Below are positions 12,815-26,569 of a stretch of 64,000 bases of DNA, piece by piece. The notes beneath the pieces were generated by a model. The model made no database searches and was not told the DNA's origin. It was given only the letters and a program-made list of their open reading frames with translations. Made by a program: the position numbers and the translations under genes. Each line of letters begins with the position of its first letter. The first letter of the stretch is position 1. Origin of the DNA: Geosiphon pyriformis uo1 (Eukaryota > Fungi > Glomeromycota); the NCBI GenBank assembly GCA_016748015.1, contig JAAOMT010000512.1, positions 294,238-358,237 on the forward strand, written 5' to 3'.

Positions 12815-15800
12815 CAGATCTAATCTGAAAAATTGCTACATGCAATGTTAAAGGCATGAACAATCCTCCAAAGCAAGATAATATTGTGCATTGGCATAAG
12901 GACATGAACAATTCTATTTCGATTTTTATGGAAACTAAGCTGAAAAGGAAGATACATTCATGGATTGTTAAAAGATTTAAGAGCATCTATGTGTTTACTT
13001 CTGAGTTGGACACTAGTTACTTGAGATTAGGTATTATGGTGGTTATGAATAATTCTTTGGCAAGGCATGTGTATAAGATTTCTAAGGTTCCTGGTCAACT
13101 CCTCTCTATTAAGTTGTTTTTTAAAGATAAGCTTTCCATCTTAATTTTGGGGCTTTATGCTGAAGCATCTTTCTTGGTCTGTTTTTCTCAGGCTGATAAA
13201 ATCAATTCACTCATGGCTAGAGCTGTGAATGAATTTTCTTTTGTTATTCTTGGTGGTAATTTCAATGAAAATGGTTCTCATAGATGTGCCAGCTTTAAAA
13301 AATGTCTTGACCTGGAGTTAGTCAATTCTTTAGTTAGAAGTTTGGCAGTGCAGACACTTATTTGGTCAAATTCTTGCAGAGTTGTAAAAGTGATTGATTA
13401 TGTGCTTGTTTTTGCAAATTTAGTCAGTGTGTTAGTGCATTATGGTGTTCTGAAAGTTGATAAACATTTTGACACTGACCATTGGGCTGTTTCTGTGTCT
13501 GTGAGTTTGAGTAAGTTATTAAATACACAATTGAACTCTCTTCACAAAAAAACAAATATGGATCATTGGAAGTATAATATCAAAAGTATTGACAAAGTTA
13601 AGTGGTGTAAATTCAAAGTGTTAATAACAGCAAATGCCACTATGTTTTTTGATGAGTTTGTTTCCTCAGTAGTATCTTTTGATCTAGATTCTATGTAGGA
13701 AATTGTTTGTAAAGTGATGGTTTTTTCAGCTAATAAATCATTTAAGAAAAAATGGTTCAAAAGCTTTGATAGCATTTTTACCAAGAGCTCTTCTAGGTTT
13801 TACAAATTGGAAATTTTGGTTTTGAAAATAGTTAAAGTGTCCCGTGGACAAGACTCTGTAAGATTTGCATCTTTGATAAGCCATTGGGCTTCTTTGGACT
13901 CTGACAAAGCCTTAATGGTACAGGTTTTTTTGGACTCTGATGCAGATTTTAACCATGTTAGATCTGCTTTTTTTGGCATATAAAAGTCTTATCACACTTC
14001 TAATCTTGCTGAATCTTCAAGGACTTGAGAGTCAAGTATTAGATCTGTCATTAATAGGCTTATAAAAAGCTTTGCTTCTGATAAAAGTTACACTATTAAG
14101 AGTGTTTTAGAACATCCTTTCTGTAAGGTAGAATTGGACCATCTGGTTGTTGGTAATAAATTGATTTTGGAGCCTGATTTGGTCAAGGCTAAGGTGGATG
14201 TGATTATAGAAGAGTAGACTTGGAGACGCAAAGTGGTTTCTAATATCTCTAATAATTGGTCTCGTTAATACCAGCCTTTAGAATATGTCTTTAATGGTGT
14301 ATTCTCAGATGTAATATAACCAATTGGTTTTGATGAGTTGTTTGATATGGTTTTTGATCTGTCTGATGACAAAGCTGCTGGTCTTTCTAGTATCTTCAAT
14401 GAACTTTGGAAACACTGTGACAAATTCATTATGGATATGTTTTTGGAGCTTTTGAATACTTGTTTGATTAGTGAATCAATGCCCAGTTTCTGGAAAGAGG
14501 CTTGGGTCTTAATGATCCCTAAACCATATGAATGGGAGAGTATTCTTACAAACACCCATTTTATTGCTCTAATTGAAATGGCCCATAAAATTCTCTTCAA
14601 GATCCTGTCTGATAGGATTTCTCTAACATATAGCAGCTTTGATGTTCTTTGTAGTAACAACTTTTCTGTCCTAAAAGGTACTTCTATACAGTCACCCATT
14701 TTTGCAGTCAGCTCGGTAATAAAGAATGCTCTAGAGAAGAACCGTAAACTCTGGCTTGTTCTGCAGAACATGCAAAAGACATATAATTCTGTTGATTGGG
14801 AGCATCTTAGAAAGAGTTTAATTAGGATTAAAATATATAGCAATTTCATACATTTTTTTGGTAATATTCATTGCAATTGAATCAACAGAGTTATAACTGA
14901 CTTTGGCTTAATTAATAAATATCATGTTCATAATGGCTTAGATTAGAGAAAAATTTTCTCACCACTTTTCTGGCACATATTTTATAATTCCCTTCTTTGT
15001 GAAGTCAAAAGACAAGAAAATGTGTGTGGATACAGATTAAATTCTCATTTCATCTCGAAAAATGGTCATCTGGAACTTGTTGCTGAGTTGTCTTCCTTCT
15101 TTGCTGCTGGGGCTTTTGTCAATGATACAATTTGGATTGGTAGCAATCAGAGTGCTACTCAGCATATTCTCAATGTTGCCAGTAAATTTTTCTAGGTTAA
15201 TGACATTTCAATTAATACAGATAAGACTGTTGTCATCCCTATTAATTGTGGAGTTAGTAGTCCTTCTTTATTTATTAATGGCTCACCTATTGCTATTGCA
15301 AAAAGAAGGGAATTACATCATTATTTAGGCATCTTTCTTTCAACTGAGGATCTTTTAAAGTCTAGCTTGGCCAAAGCACAGTCAGATGTTTGGTTTTTTT
15401 CTAACTTTGTGCTAAGAAAAACCATCTCTGATAAACAATTTTTGTACTTGGTTTCGGCTGTTCTCCATCCTATCGTGAGTTATAGAACTTAGTTCAGTTT
15501 TATATCTTTCAATGTATGCAACAAATGAGATACTTTGATTTGAAAAGGTCTTAAACTAAAATCTGGTCTTCCTCTTGATTTTCCGAATGATTCAATCTAC
15601 CACCCCTCCTTTTATGGTTTAAAGTCTTTTGAACAGGTGTAATCTAAAGACAAATTGGCATCACTCGTGAATTTTGCGAACTCTGATGGGATTTTGGGTC
15701 ATATGTTCTCTTATAGGTCTCATGACTTGCAAGTTTTGTGTTGGCATCCTATTCACTCTCTGAGTTCCCCAGTTTGTATTCGCATCAGTCCTTTAAATAA

Positions 15801-17487
15801 TTTTTTAGCTGGTGTGATCCATGTTTTTGCAAAATATAATCTGTCTTTAAGTGGATTTTTGAGTGATTTTTTTTGTTATTGGGATGGGATCCCTATGTTA
15901 GTGGTTCTTGGAGAGGCTAAGTTCTGTGCATGTTTCCTCTCTCTATGTTAGTATGGTGTTGTCTTTGTGAATTAGCTTTGTAATTGTCATGGTGCTATTT
16001 TTAATTGGAAAACTTTTAAGCACTAGAAAAAATTGGATTCTCGTGGTCCAGTTCCTGATTGGTTTAGTTTTTTTGTTACCTTTCTCAATAATGTGACTTT
16101 TTTTTCTGTTAGCCCATGTACTTTTGAAGGTGTTGGTAGATCTTTGAATATTCTAGAGTCTCAGGAATTTAAGTTGGTATGTAGTCAGTTGTCTCATGTT
16201 AGTGTTGGTAATCTGTCCATCTATACAGATTGTTCTCTGAGGGATTTGGGCACCATACAAAGGAAGACTAGTGCTGTTGTCTTTTTTGATGACATTGGTT
16301 TAGGTTTGGGCATAAAGTCTCTGGTTTGTTGTCTTCTACTTTGGTGAAGCTACAAGCCATAGCTCTGGTATTAGAATGTGTTCTTCTTCTTAGCTCAGTA
16401 CGTTTACACTCTGATAGTTAGGCTGCTCTGGATGTGTGCAAGTCAAAAGTACATCTAATCTGTCTGGATTTTCACATTTTGTACTGGGTGGAGCATCAGC
16501 ATATTGTGGACATTATTCATTGCAAGAATTTGAAGGTGGAGTGGGTTAAGATAAAAGATCACTCAGATATTATGAGGAATGATTGTACAGATGCCTTTGC
16601 TGCTGTTGCTTCTGACTTTGTTTGGCACCTTCCTCCCCATTTGAAGAGACATTGCCTTCTGGCTGGTGGTAATTTCATTTCTGGTAATTTTAAGCATTTT
16701 GTTCAGAATGCTATTTAGATCAGTTTATTATGCACATTGGAAAGTTGGTTCTGACAGGTGATTTAATATTGGACATTGATTGGTTAAGCTTTTCTTTGGT
16801 GTGGCACCCTGATTTGCATATGGCTGCAGGCTTTATGAGTAAACCCTCTGCTGGCTTGTATACATATTTTATAAAGGTTTTATATCATTGACTGTCTGTT
16901 GCTGTTCAGAAACAACTTTATTCCAAATATTATCTTAGTGTATTATGTTTGTTTTGCAGTGATGTTGAGGTTTCTAATCATGTTTTTTCTTGTGAAATTG
17001 ATTTTCCTACCTATTGTCAATTGTTGAATGCCTATGCAGCTTCCTGGGAGCTGATTTTTGGTCTCTCTCATTCCTTTTCTTGTGTATCTTAGCTTTTGTT
17101 ATCTTGTGCTTTTAATATCTCTGTATTCACGACTCTTTTCAAAGGTTTTGTTCTTAACAATTGGTTCCAGGAGGCTGTATCTGTCTTTTATGATCCCAAA
17201 CTTGTAAGTTGGAGGATTGTGGACTTTGTGCATGTTTTTGGTCTTAGTTTCAAGAATAGTATCTGGTTGGTTCATGCTAAACATTGAGCCTTCATGGAAA
17301 AAATAGGTTAATTTTACCTGATAATTCAATTCCTGTTTCAATTTTTGGACTGTCATCAAAGTTGTCTGCTGGTATCATTAAACTGCTTGGAATTGTTGAT
17401 GCTTTTGGTGTTGGCTTTGGTTTTCATAAATCATGTTCATTCTTTTCTGGTATTGGTAATAATGTTTTAATTCACATAGTTGCTTAG
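12811..17487 (+). pseudogene. LINE B ORF2 pseudogene (APE-RT-RNase H-CCHC)
   Basis: ATG at 12811. APE: GGNFNE, IDYVLV, DTDH. RT: IPKPYEW, LQNMQKTYNSVDW, AFVNDTIW at ~15112. RNase H: IYTDCSL, WVKIKDHS (16215-16600). CLFC..HVFSC near 16945. Confidence 0.93.
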
Positions 17488-17745
17488 TGGTGTCTTGATC
17501 GGTCTGAGTGGCTGGTTACGTGTAGAAAAGCATGATTTGCACCTAGTTTAGATTATTTATATGATGTATTGTATTAGGTAGTGTTTGGATCTCACTTGTA
17601 AAATGTTAATAAAAAAAATAAAATAAAATAAATATTTTTATTTAAAAAACCAAACTTTTTTGGTAATTAATTGTTTTAATATTCTAAAATTAATTAATTG
17701 TTAATTTTTGTAAAAAAGTTAATTTTTACTATAAAATAATTATGT

Positions 17746-19108
17746 TGTTATAAATAAACTTAGTAAGTAGTATTATAATATTTGGTATTTGTAATCTAAA
17801 AATAAAAGCAATTTTTATATAATAATAAATAACAGAAAAATTTTTTAATAAATACCTTTTTTTTATAAATCAGTTTATTAATCTTTAAATATCTTATTAT
17901 TTAAAGTTTTATTTATTGAGTTTTTTTAGTTATAAAACACACAAAAATATTATTTTAGTAATTATTATTATAGTTATTTTATTTTATATTAATTAATTAT
18001 AATTGTTAGGATTTGGTAATATCTTTTTGTTTTTTTAATAACCTAACAAAATAAGATTAATATCTAAAATTAAAGAAAACTTTTTTTTTTACCAAACTAT
18101 CACAAAGTTTAATTCTAAAACAATATTATAAATAAACTTAATAAGATATAATTATAATATTTGACACTTGTAATTTGATAATAAGAACAAAACAGTTTTT
18201 AGATAACTGAATTTTAGTCATAAATTATTTTATTAATCTTTAAAAGTTTTTGTATTTGAAGTTTTATCTATTAAGTTTTTTGGTTATAAAACACAAAGAT
18301 ATTGTTTTTATAGTTGTGTTGTTATAATTGTGTTTTTTTTATATTAATTGATCTTAATTGTTAAGATTTAATTTGTTTTTTTGGTAAATTAAAAAATAAA
18401 ATTAATATTCAATATCCAAAAAAACATATTTCTTTTATCAGACTATTACAAAGTTTAATTTTAAGACAGTTAATTTTTAATATTGCTGTTCTACAAAAAA
18501 AATTTAAAAAAAATTTAAAAAAAAATTGGTATTTTGTCAATTACTATAATTAAGATTAATTAATCTAAGTTATTAAAATTCCAAAAACATTTATGCTAAT
18601 TATATCTGGCTTAAAACAAAAATAAATAAAGCAGATAATTTGATTTTAATTATTTGTTTTAAACTTATAAAATTTAAAAATTGGATAATAATATATTTAT
18701 TTTGATTTAATAAAAAATATAAAAAGAGAAAAATACAAAAATTAGTTTTTAGAAATTAAAAATATAAGTTAATATAAATTTGATTTTTGTTTTTCTTTTT
18801 TTATCTGTTAAACTACTTGTTTTTATATATATATTTTAATTTTACAAGATTGTTTTCAATTGTTTATTATTATTATTAATTATTAATTATTATGTTAATT
18901 ATTGCTTTGTTTTTTATATTATAATTAGTTATTTTTTGTTATTATTAGTTATTTTGTGCTATTTCATATTATTGTGTATTATTTTATATTATTATGTATT
19001 ATTTTATGTTATTTTATATTATTTTGTGTTATTTTATATTATTTTGTGTTTTTATGTAATAATTATATTTTTTAACAATTTCTAATCAGTTTTTTTACTA
19101 AAATAATA
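17746..19108 (-). repeat. 3' LTR of Gypsy family 2, with tandem duplication of its terminal ~350-380 bp
   Basis: Homologous to the solo LTR at 52170-53144. 10-bp repeats at ~18920-19050. Units 17746-18123 and 18124-18470 are colinear copies. Terminus TGTTATAAAT at 17746. Confidence 0.75.
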
Positions 19109-22100
19109 ATAATTTTTTTTAAAATTAAGCTTTTACAAAATTATATATATTTTTGAAAGTTGTTTTCATAGTATAATATTTTAATATTATTCTAAATATT
19201 ATTTTTTGTAGTTTTTCAAATAAGAAATTAGTTATTTGTTTAATATTATTAACTATAATTGTTTTTAATAAACTATTTAATAATATTACTAAACAGTATT
19301 TGAATGTTGAATATAATTGATATATTGCTTTATAATATAGTATTAGTTTGTTTTTTTTAACAAATTTTTTTACTTGTTAAAAAGTTTTTTTGTTAAATAT
19401 TTATTTGTTGTTGTTTATAAATAATATTTGTAAATCTAATTTTTGCCAAGTTTAAAAAACCAGTATATTAATAAAAGTTTTTTTTTTTATGTAATAGAAA
19501 TTTTTATTGTCTATTTTTTTGTGTTTGGTTTTATAATTAAACTGTTTAAAGCTTTTTTTGTTTTTTTTATTGTTTAAATATTGAAGTTTCTCTTATTTAA
19601 AACCAAGTAAAGTTAAAAATATTCAGTTTTAGTTGAACTTTTGTTTATTTTTTTCTTGTTTGTAGTTTTGTATTGTATTTTTTTTTATTGATAATTATTT
19701 TTATTAATGTTGTTAATTATTAAATTGCTTTAAATAATTGTTGTAAAAACTTCAGAATATTTTTTAAAATATTTATGGTAAAATATGTATGCTGTTTTTT
19801 AATTCTTCTGGTCATGTTTTATATTTTTGAAATATTATGATTTAGATGTTTACTAATAAGTTGTGTTTAATAATAATAATAATTTCAGATTTTGTGAAAT
19901 ATTTTTGAATTTGATCAATAAAATTTGTGTTTCTAATTGAGATATAATTAATAATAAGTTTAATATTATGTAATAAAATTTTAAACAATTTTTATGTATA
20001 GCTTTTTTTAGAAATTTGTTTTTTAATTATAGTTTATATGTTTTATTACCAAGAAGTTTATGTATATAAAATAGTTTGTTTTATTTTAAATCAAATTTTT
20101 TATTTTACTATTTTTCTACTTTGATATAATATAATAATATTTTGTTTTTAATCTTAAATTTAATTAATTGATTAAGTAGACAATTGTTATGTTTTTTTTT
20201 GTTGTTTTTAAAATTTATTAATATTATTAACTGTTATTTTATGATTATTTTTTAATGTTTTTATAATTTAATAAATTTTTTGGTATAAAACAACTTTAAA
20301 ATTTTTTTCAATAATTATTTCTGTTAAAAAAAAAAGTATTTTTAATTTAATAAGTAGTGTGGCTTTTTTTTTATATACTAATTTAAATAGTATAAATTAA
20401 ATAGTATTTTGTTTTAAAATTCAATATATAAATAATATTAATAATATAAATAAGTTTTATTCTTGTGTATTTTTATAACTTATTTTTGTTAAAGCTTTAT
20501 ATAATATTTAATTAAATTATTTTACTAAGTTATTTGTTTATAAGTAATATAAAATAAATAATAAATGTTTTATTTCAAATTATTAACATAGTTTTGTGAA
20601 AGTGCTGTTGACAAAATAAGTATCTTGATTAAACAATAGTTTTTTTAGACATCTATATTAACAGATCAAATTTTGGTATACAAATTTAATTACTGTTTTG
20701 GTGTTAATTATTTAAATAATTTAAGCTTCTGATTATTTAGAAAAGTAATTAACAGTTACAACAATATATTGGTTTTTTCTAAAAGTGATTAAAAAAAATC
20801 TAACTAAATTAATTTCAATTCTATTAAATAGATTTTTAATTGGAATAGATCAAAGTAATTTTGTTGTTCTGGCTTTTTTTTTTTGGCAAAAGGCACAATT
20901 GTAAACATATTTAAAGATATTTTTATATATTGTTGACCAATAATATAAATTATTTGTTTTTTTTAAGATAGTATTTTTGTTAAAGTGTTTAGTAATTGAA
21001 TTAGAATAGATATTAAACAAAATAATTTTTTTTGGTATTTTTTATGACTCTTTTGTATAGTAAATTTTGTATAAAAATTGTTAAAAATAGATATTTTATC
21101 TAATATATATATTTTTTAATTATGGTTTATTAAGCAATTATATTAATTTTTTATAATTAGTATATAGATTAAATAATTAATAAAGATGATATTTCTAGTT
21201 TTAAACAGTTTAATAAATAATAAAGCATTTTAAGTCTGTAGTACTATATTTTTTTTTTAGTTGTATTAGTATTGTAGCTAGTATAAACAATAAAATATTC
21301 TCGATTATAGAGCCCAATTTGTAACAAAACTGCTTTTAGAATATTTTTTAAAGCATTAATAACTATAATAAACTATTTATTAAAATCTAAATATATTAAA
21401 ATTAAAGTTTTGATAAATTAGTATTTGAAGTAATTAAATATCTTTTGTTAATCTGTTTTTTACATATATAAAACATGTTTTAAAAATAAATAATAAAAAA
21501 ATTTGATAATATCTGAAAAATTTTTGATAAAACAACAATAGTATTTAGCAAATTTTAAAAAAAAATTTAGTTTTTAGAAATTAATCAAAGCAAAAAAATC
21601 TTTAATTTTCTGAACTTTGTTGAAGTTTGGTTTTACTTATTTTTTTAATGTTTTAAGAATTTTAGTTTAATTTTTCAAAAAATATTTGTTAAAATTAAGT
21701 TTTAATTTAATATTTTAGAAATAATTAAAAACTTTTTGAAGATAAAGTAAATAAATATTAAAGATCTCTAAAAATATGTTGGTATTATTTAAGTAAACAA
21801 TAATTAATTTCCACAAGATTTTTTTATAAATTATGTTTATTAAATATTAAAAGATAACTAAAACATTACAAAGTCTAAAAGACATCATATTAAACTTAAA
21901 GTTTTTATTTTGTATAATAAAAGCAGTTTTTTTTTATTGTTGAAATTTATTTTAACTTGTTAATATTTATTGATTAAATTCAATAATAAAAACCATTTTT
22001 TATTTTCTAAGTTGTTTAAAATTTTCTGAATAAAAAAAATTAGGTAATTATTTTTTTAGGTAATATTATTAAGTTTTCAATGATTAATACAGAAGTAAAT

Positions 22101-22756
22101 TTTTTTATTCTTTTTTATAACTAAAATAATAAGTAAAAATTATAAATTTAATAATTTTTTGATCAAGCTATTATTTAAAATTTTCTGTTTTTTTTTTTAT
22201 TAGATTGTTTTTTTTAAGAGTTATTTAATAGACTTATTATTTAATAAATCTGGTATTTTTAGTGTTAATTTTGTGTTTTATAATATTTATTTGTCTGAAT
22301 TTATTTTTACTGGCAAAAATATTTACATATTAGTTAAACAAAATTTTAAGTTGTATTTATTGTAGTATGTTTAAGTTTTTAAAATTAAATTTGTTAATTT
22401 TCTCTAAAATAAACAAATAGTTTTTTTTGGTAAGTTTTATACTTGTAAAATAATATTACAAAATAGAAATAGTTATATGAAATCAAAGATAGATTAAAAA
22501 TTTTCTGGTTTTTGAATTTCTGTAGTTATAAAGCCAATAAGAGTTTTTTTTTAAATTTTAATAATATTGTCTGTTAAATTATATATAAAAATCTTAAAAT
22601 AGTTGTGAATTTTTATAAGTATATAAAAATTTGCAATATTTGTCAGATAATAAATTTTTGGCACAACTTTAAATAATAGAACTTGGTTTTAAATTTTTTA
22701 TTTAATTTTTATAATATATTAATAATAAAATAGGATTAAAATTATAATATTGGTGT
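19109..22756 (-). mobile_element. Hypermutated Gypsy family 2 internal region (RT-RNase H-integrase-extra ORF), 5' part missing
   Basis: Minus-strand relic translation NIFASKNKFRQINIIKHKINT, FCINH*KLN, KTAFIIQ..FNMMSFRLCN, IVYLNNTNI (YLDD->YLNN at ~21785). Post-integrase ORF relic at ~19130-19480. Confidence 0.8.
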
Positions 22757-23726
22757 TGTTACCAAAGGTTTTTGGTCTCTTTTCTTAAATGTTGTTAGTT
22801 TCTATTTGCTATAATTCATGTTTTCTAAAAGCTAGTAAATCTCTGATAACTGAATTTATCTTCAAATTATCTTCTATAATTTGAACTGCTGAGCTTATAA
22901 ATAAAATAACCAATTCCATACCAGTTACTTTGTATAGCTACATTGTAGTAAATATTAACTCTTTTTCAGGAATTGCTTATCTAAAAGCTTACTAAAAATG
23001 TGTAGTTACTTTGCTATAAAAGTCAACTCTTTTACAAGTATTTTATTTGTAGACTATCCTAATAATTATAATAAGAAAAATAGAAAAAAACAAAAAAAAT
23101 GTAAAAAAAATAGAATTTTTGTCAAAAAAAACGTTTTCTATTTAGGTCTGAAGTCACTAACAAATTATTGAAATTAATAGCTAATCAATTTTAAAATGTT
23201 AGTTGAGTTTTAAAAAATTATCAAGTATAATAATCAAAGATTAGGTTTTTAAATATTTATTTTTATTAATTTATAAAAATATGTAAGAAATAATTGCTTC
23301 TAACTAAAATATTTAATGGAAAATAAATCTAAAGTAAGATATATTTTCTTGAAAAAAAATGCTCTTTTTTTATACAATTTTGTTGTAATACAAGTCTTTG
23401 AACTTGTACTTTTCTTTTTGCTATTGTTTTAATAAACTAAAGATACATTTTAATAAACTACAAATTATTTTTACAAATTATTGATTATTTTGGTGAACTA
23501 CCAATTATTTCAGCAAATTTTTGAATGTTAAGTGGTTTAAGAAATTGTGTAATTTGATTATCTTAATTTCTATAATACAAATTAGATTATTGATTAAATA
23601 ATAATATTTAATAATTTAATTAAATAATAAGTGATAATTAAAACAATTAATAATATATGCTAATTAATAATAAGAATTATAAGAGTAATTTTATGTTAGT
23701 TAATAGTTAAAATTCTACTGGTAACA
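22757..23726 (-). mobile_element. Family-1 LTR (970 bp) without matching TSD (recombinant LTR)
   Basis: TGTTACCAAAGG...CTGGTAACA termini. Flanks GTGT and ACAG differ. Left neighbour is Gypsy-2 pol; right neighbour is LINE C ORF2. Confidence 0.9.
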
Positions 23727-26569
23727 ACAGACTCCCATTACTCTTTGCTTTTACAAAACCATCTATTGTCATTAATAACTTAGCAAAAAAACATTTTTTA
23801 AAATACATTTACTTTGTTTTATCTATTTCTTTAATCTTAAACTTCTACTGATCTTTATTAGCCTGTTTGTAAACACTATTCAAACAAATATTCAATAGGT
23901 CTTTCAATCTAATTAAGATTACAATCACCTTATAATTAGTATTAAAACATTCAGATACAGATCTAATCTCATGCCTAATAATTACTAAAAATAGATTTTT
24001 ACTTATGAAAACAGTGTTAATAACCTTTTTTACCTCTCTAAAGTTGTTTCAAGTAGACAGCTTGATAGAAAAATATTTTTTTAATGAATTAACCAAATTC
24101 ATATTTAAATATTTCTTAAAATTTGCACACTTTTTAGAACCATTTTTATTGAAGTCACCACTCAGAACAACAAAAGAATTAGAACTAATTGCCTTAGAAA
24201 TTACTAAATTAACATTAAAAGTCTAATCAAACTGTACTTTGGCTAATATACCAGCATACAAACCTAAAATTGTAATCAAAAATTTGTTCTTAAACAACAA
24301 CCAAATTAAAATAACTCTGCCAGAAACTTTTTCTACTTTTGACATATGCTAAGCCAAAGAACAATTCATGATAACAGCTACATCAGCACCAAGAAAATTT
24401 TTTTTCAGGTCTAATGTAAAAATAGAACACTATCAAATTTATTTTCAATCTATAGTTTAATGTTAGACTTTAATTTAGTTTCAGTAAAAACAAAAATTAT
24501 GTTGTCAGATTCCAAATGCCAACAAACAATATTCTTTTGTTTTGCCAAATTGTTTATATCTCTAATATTACATATAGCAATTTTTCATATAAAATTGGTT
24601 ATTAAAAAGACATATTTGTTAGAGAATCTAAGCTGATACATATTTGATCCAATCTTAACAGGACCAAATTGATTGTATTCTCAAGCACAACCAATTTTAA
24701 TTTCAGACTACACACTTTTACTGTTAAAATCTTAGAACTGCTTTGATTTAAACCTAAAATGGCAGTCACAACCAACACAAAAGATAAAAAAAACAATCTG
24801 TAAGACATTTACAACCACATTTAAATTCAGACTGAAATTCAAAACCAAAGAGAAAGCTAGAGCAGAAAACTGAAAAACAAATACTAAGGGAAATATTTCC
24901 ATATTATTTATTCTGTACAGAACACCAAAAACTTGGTTGGTCAACAATTTTAATATGCATTTTAAAGAAGCCAAACAAGCTTTAATTAATAAAACATGTT
25001 GTAAAAAAGAGAAAATCTTCACAATATTTGAATCACCAAAAAAAAAGAACCAGAATTAGAGAAAATATTATCATGAACAGAAGCCAATAACATTATCTGA
25101 ACCCATGACTTGCCACCAAAAACAGCAGAACAAAAGATAGGAACACTTTTTTTTACATACAATTTTGTCAACTAAAGACAATTTTCATCCAAAACAATCT
25201 TTTTAAATGTCCTTAAAGACTTAAAAGTGGATATAATTAATGCATCACACTTTAAAACAGAATGTTCAAAATGCTCATACTTTCTACAATAAACCAAATT
25301 TATTTTAGTCCAAAAAAACTTTATTTCACCAAAAATTGGCTCCATGCAAAAAGCAGATTCAAGTATTTTCTTTAATTCAAAGCCAATTACAACACAGCAG
25401 ACCCTATTGTTAAATTTAAGTGAATTATTAATAATACAAGTTTTCTTACCAGCCCCTTTCAACAGAATATCAAGATTATGAACTGTTGTTCTCATTAGCA
25501 GAGTAAATAAAAGCATTCTAAAACAATTTTTAAACATCTAAACATTGCAATTTTTTATAGCTTTGGTTATATACACAAAATTTTTTTCAATTAAAAATGA
25601 TTATTTTGCCACCAATTAATCAGCTTAACCCAATTTGGCAAATTCTATTACAGTTTTTTGCTATATTTTAATTAGTTATAATTTGATTAACACAATTTAA
25701 CTATACTTAACAACTGTAATGATGATTATTTCTTTTGGCATATTCATAAAATTTTTTTGATAATTATAGTCTGATCTAATCTAATTTTTTGTTTTTTAAG
25801 ATTACTATTTACTATAATGCCTTTTTCTATGACTAATAACATGGCTTTTTCTATGCTTTTCTCTAAAGTGAAGGTAGATCTGATGATTCTTTTAAATTTT
25901 AAGAAAATAGTAGCCCTCCCAAAACTATTAATTATTAAAAATAATTTTTTGATTAACTGAGTTTTTGCAGTTATTAATTTGCTTTCCATAGCTAAAAAAT
26001 TAATATTCAATACATAGGATTTTTTAATTATTATTTTAACTTGATTTTTGACTATTTTTAGATCAATTTACTTTTTGTCAAGAAAAATAGATAGATAAGA
26101 AGGAAGAAAAATCTTATTTTTATTATCCATATTAAAAACCAAAAAGCTAATAAGAGAATCAACTACAGTATTAGTATTGAGTCTTTTTGTTTTAGGTGTA
26201 TTTATCTTAGAATTTGACTGAGTTTTACTCTTATTACTAATATTATTATTTGTATTCATACCAATAAATTGGCCAGCAACTCTCTCTAAATTTCCAAAAC
26301 TTAAATCAGCTTTATCATCAAAATACTTAATATTGTTAAATAATAACTTCTGCTTTTGAGCCAAGCTTCTATTAACAAAACTTGAAACTGCAACTTTGGT
26401 TGACTTTTTTCTAATACTAAAATTATTTATAATAACAGCCAGTTTGATAACAAATAGGTTTGATATTTGAAAAATAGTAAAATATGCAATAGTAAAACAG
26501 AAAAAACTTCTTTCAAAATTTTGAACTCTTTTTTGGAAATTGTGATAAAAGAAAAAAAAAGTTTTTTTT
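23727..26569 (-). mobile_element. LINE copy C: 5' leader, ORF1 and APE part of ORF2; 3' ~4 kb lost
   Basis: ORF1 fragments (NINFLAMESKLITAKTQL, LLFTLLMRTTVHNL). ORF1/ORF2 junction at ~24600. APE relic to 23727. 5' leader at 26501-26569. Confidence 0.88.

Larger units (their letters stand above)
10873..17620 (+). mobile_element. LINE copy B: full-length (~6.75 kb), decayed
   Basis: 5' leader, ORF1, ORF2, short 3' UTR and AATAAA/poly(A) at ~17608-17620. Candidate 18-bp TSD with 2 mismatches (10855-10872 vs 17621-17638; low complexity). Confidence 0.95.

Noticed and set aside
18920-19050. 10-12-bp periodic repeats (also 48057-48140, 52235-52335) as CRISPR-like or telomeric arrays
   Set aside because: No spacers and not telomere-like; they are internal LTR minisatellites.
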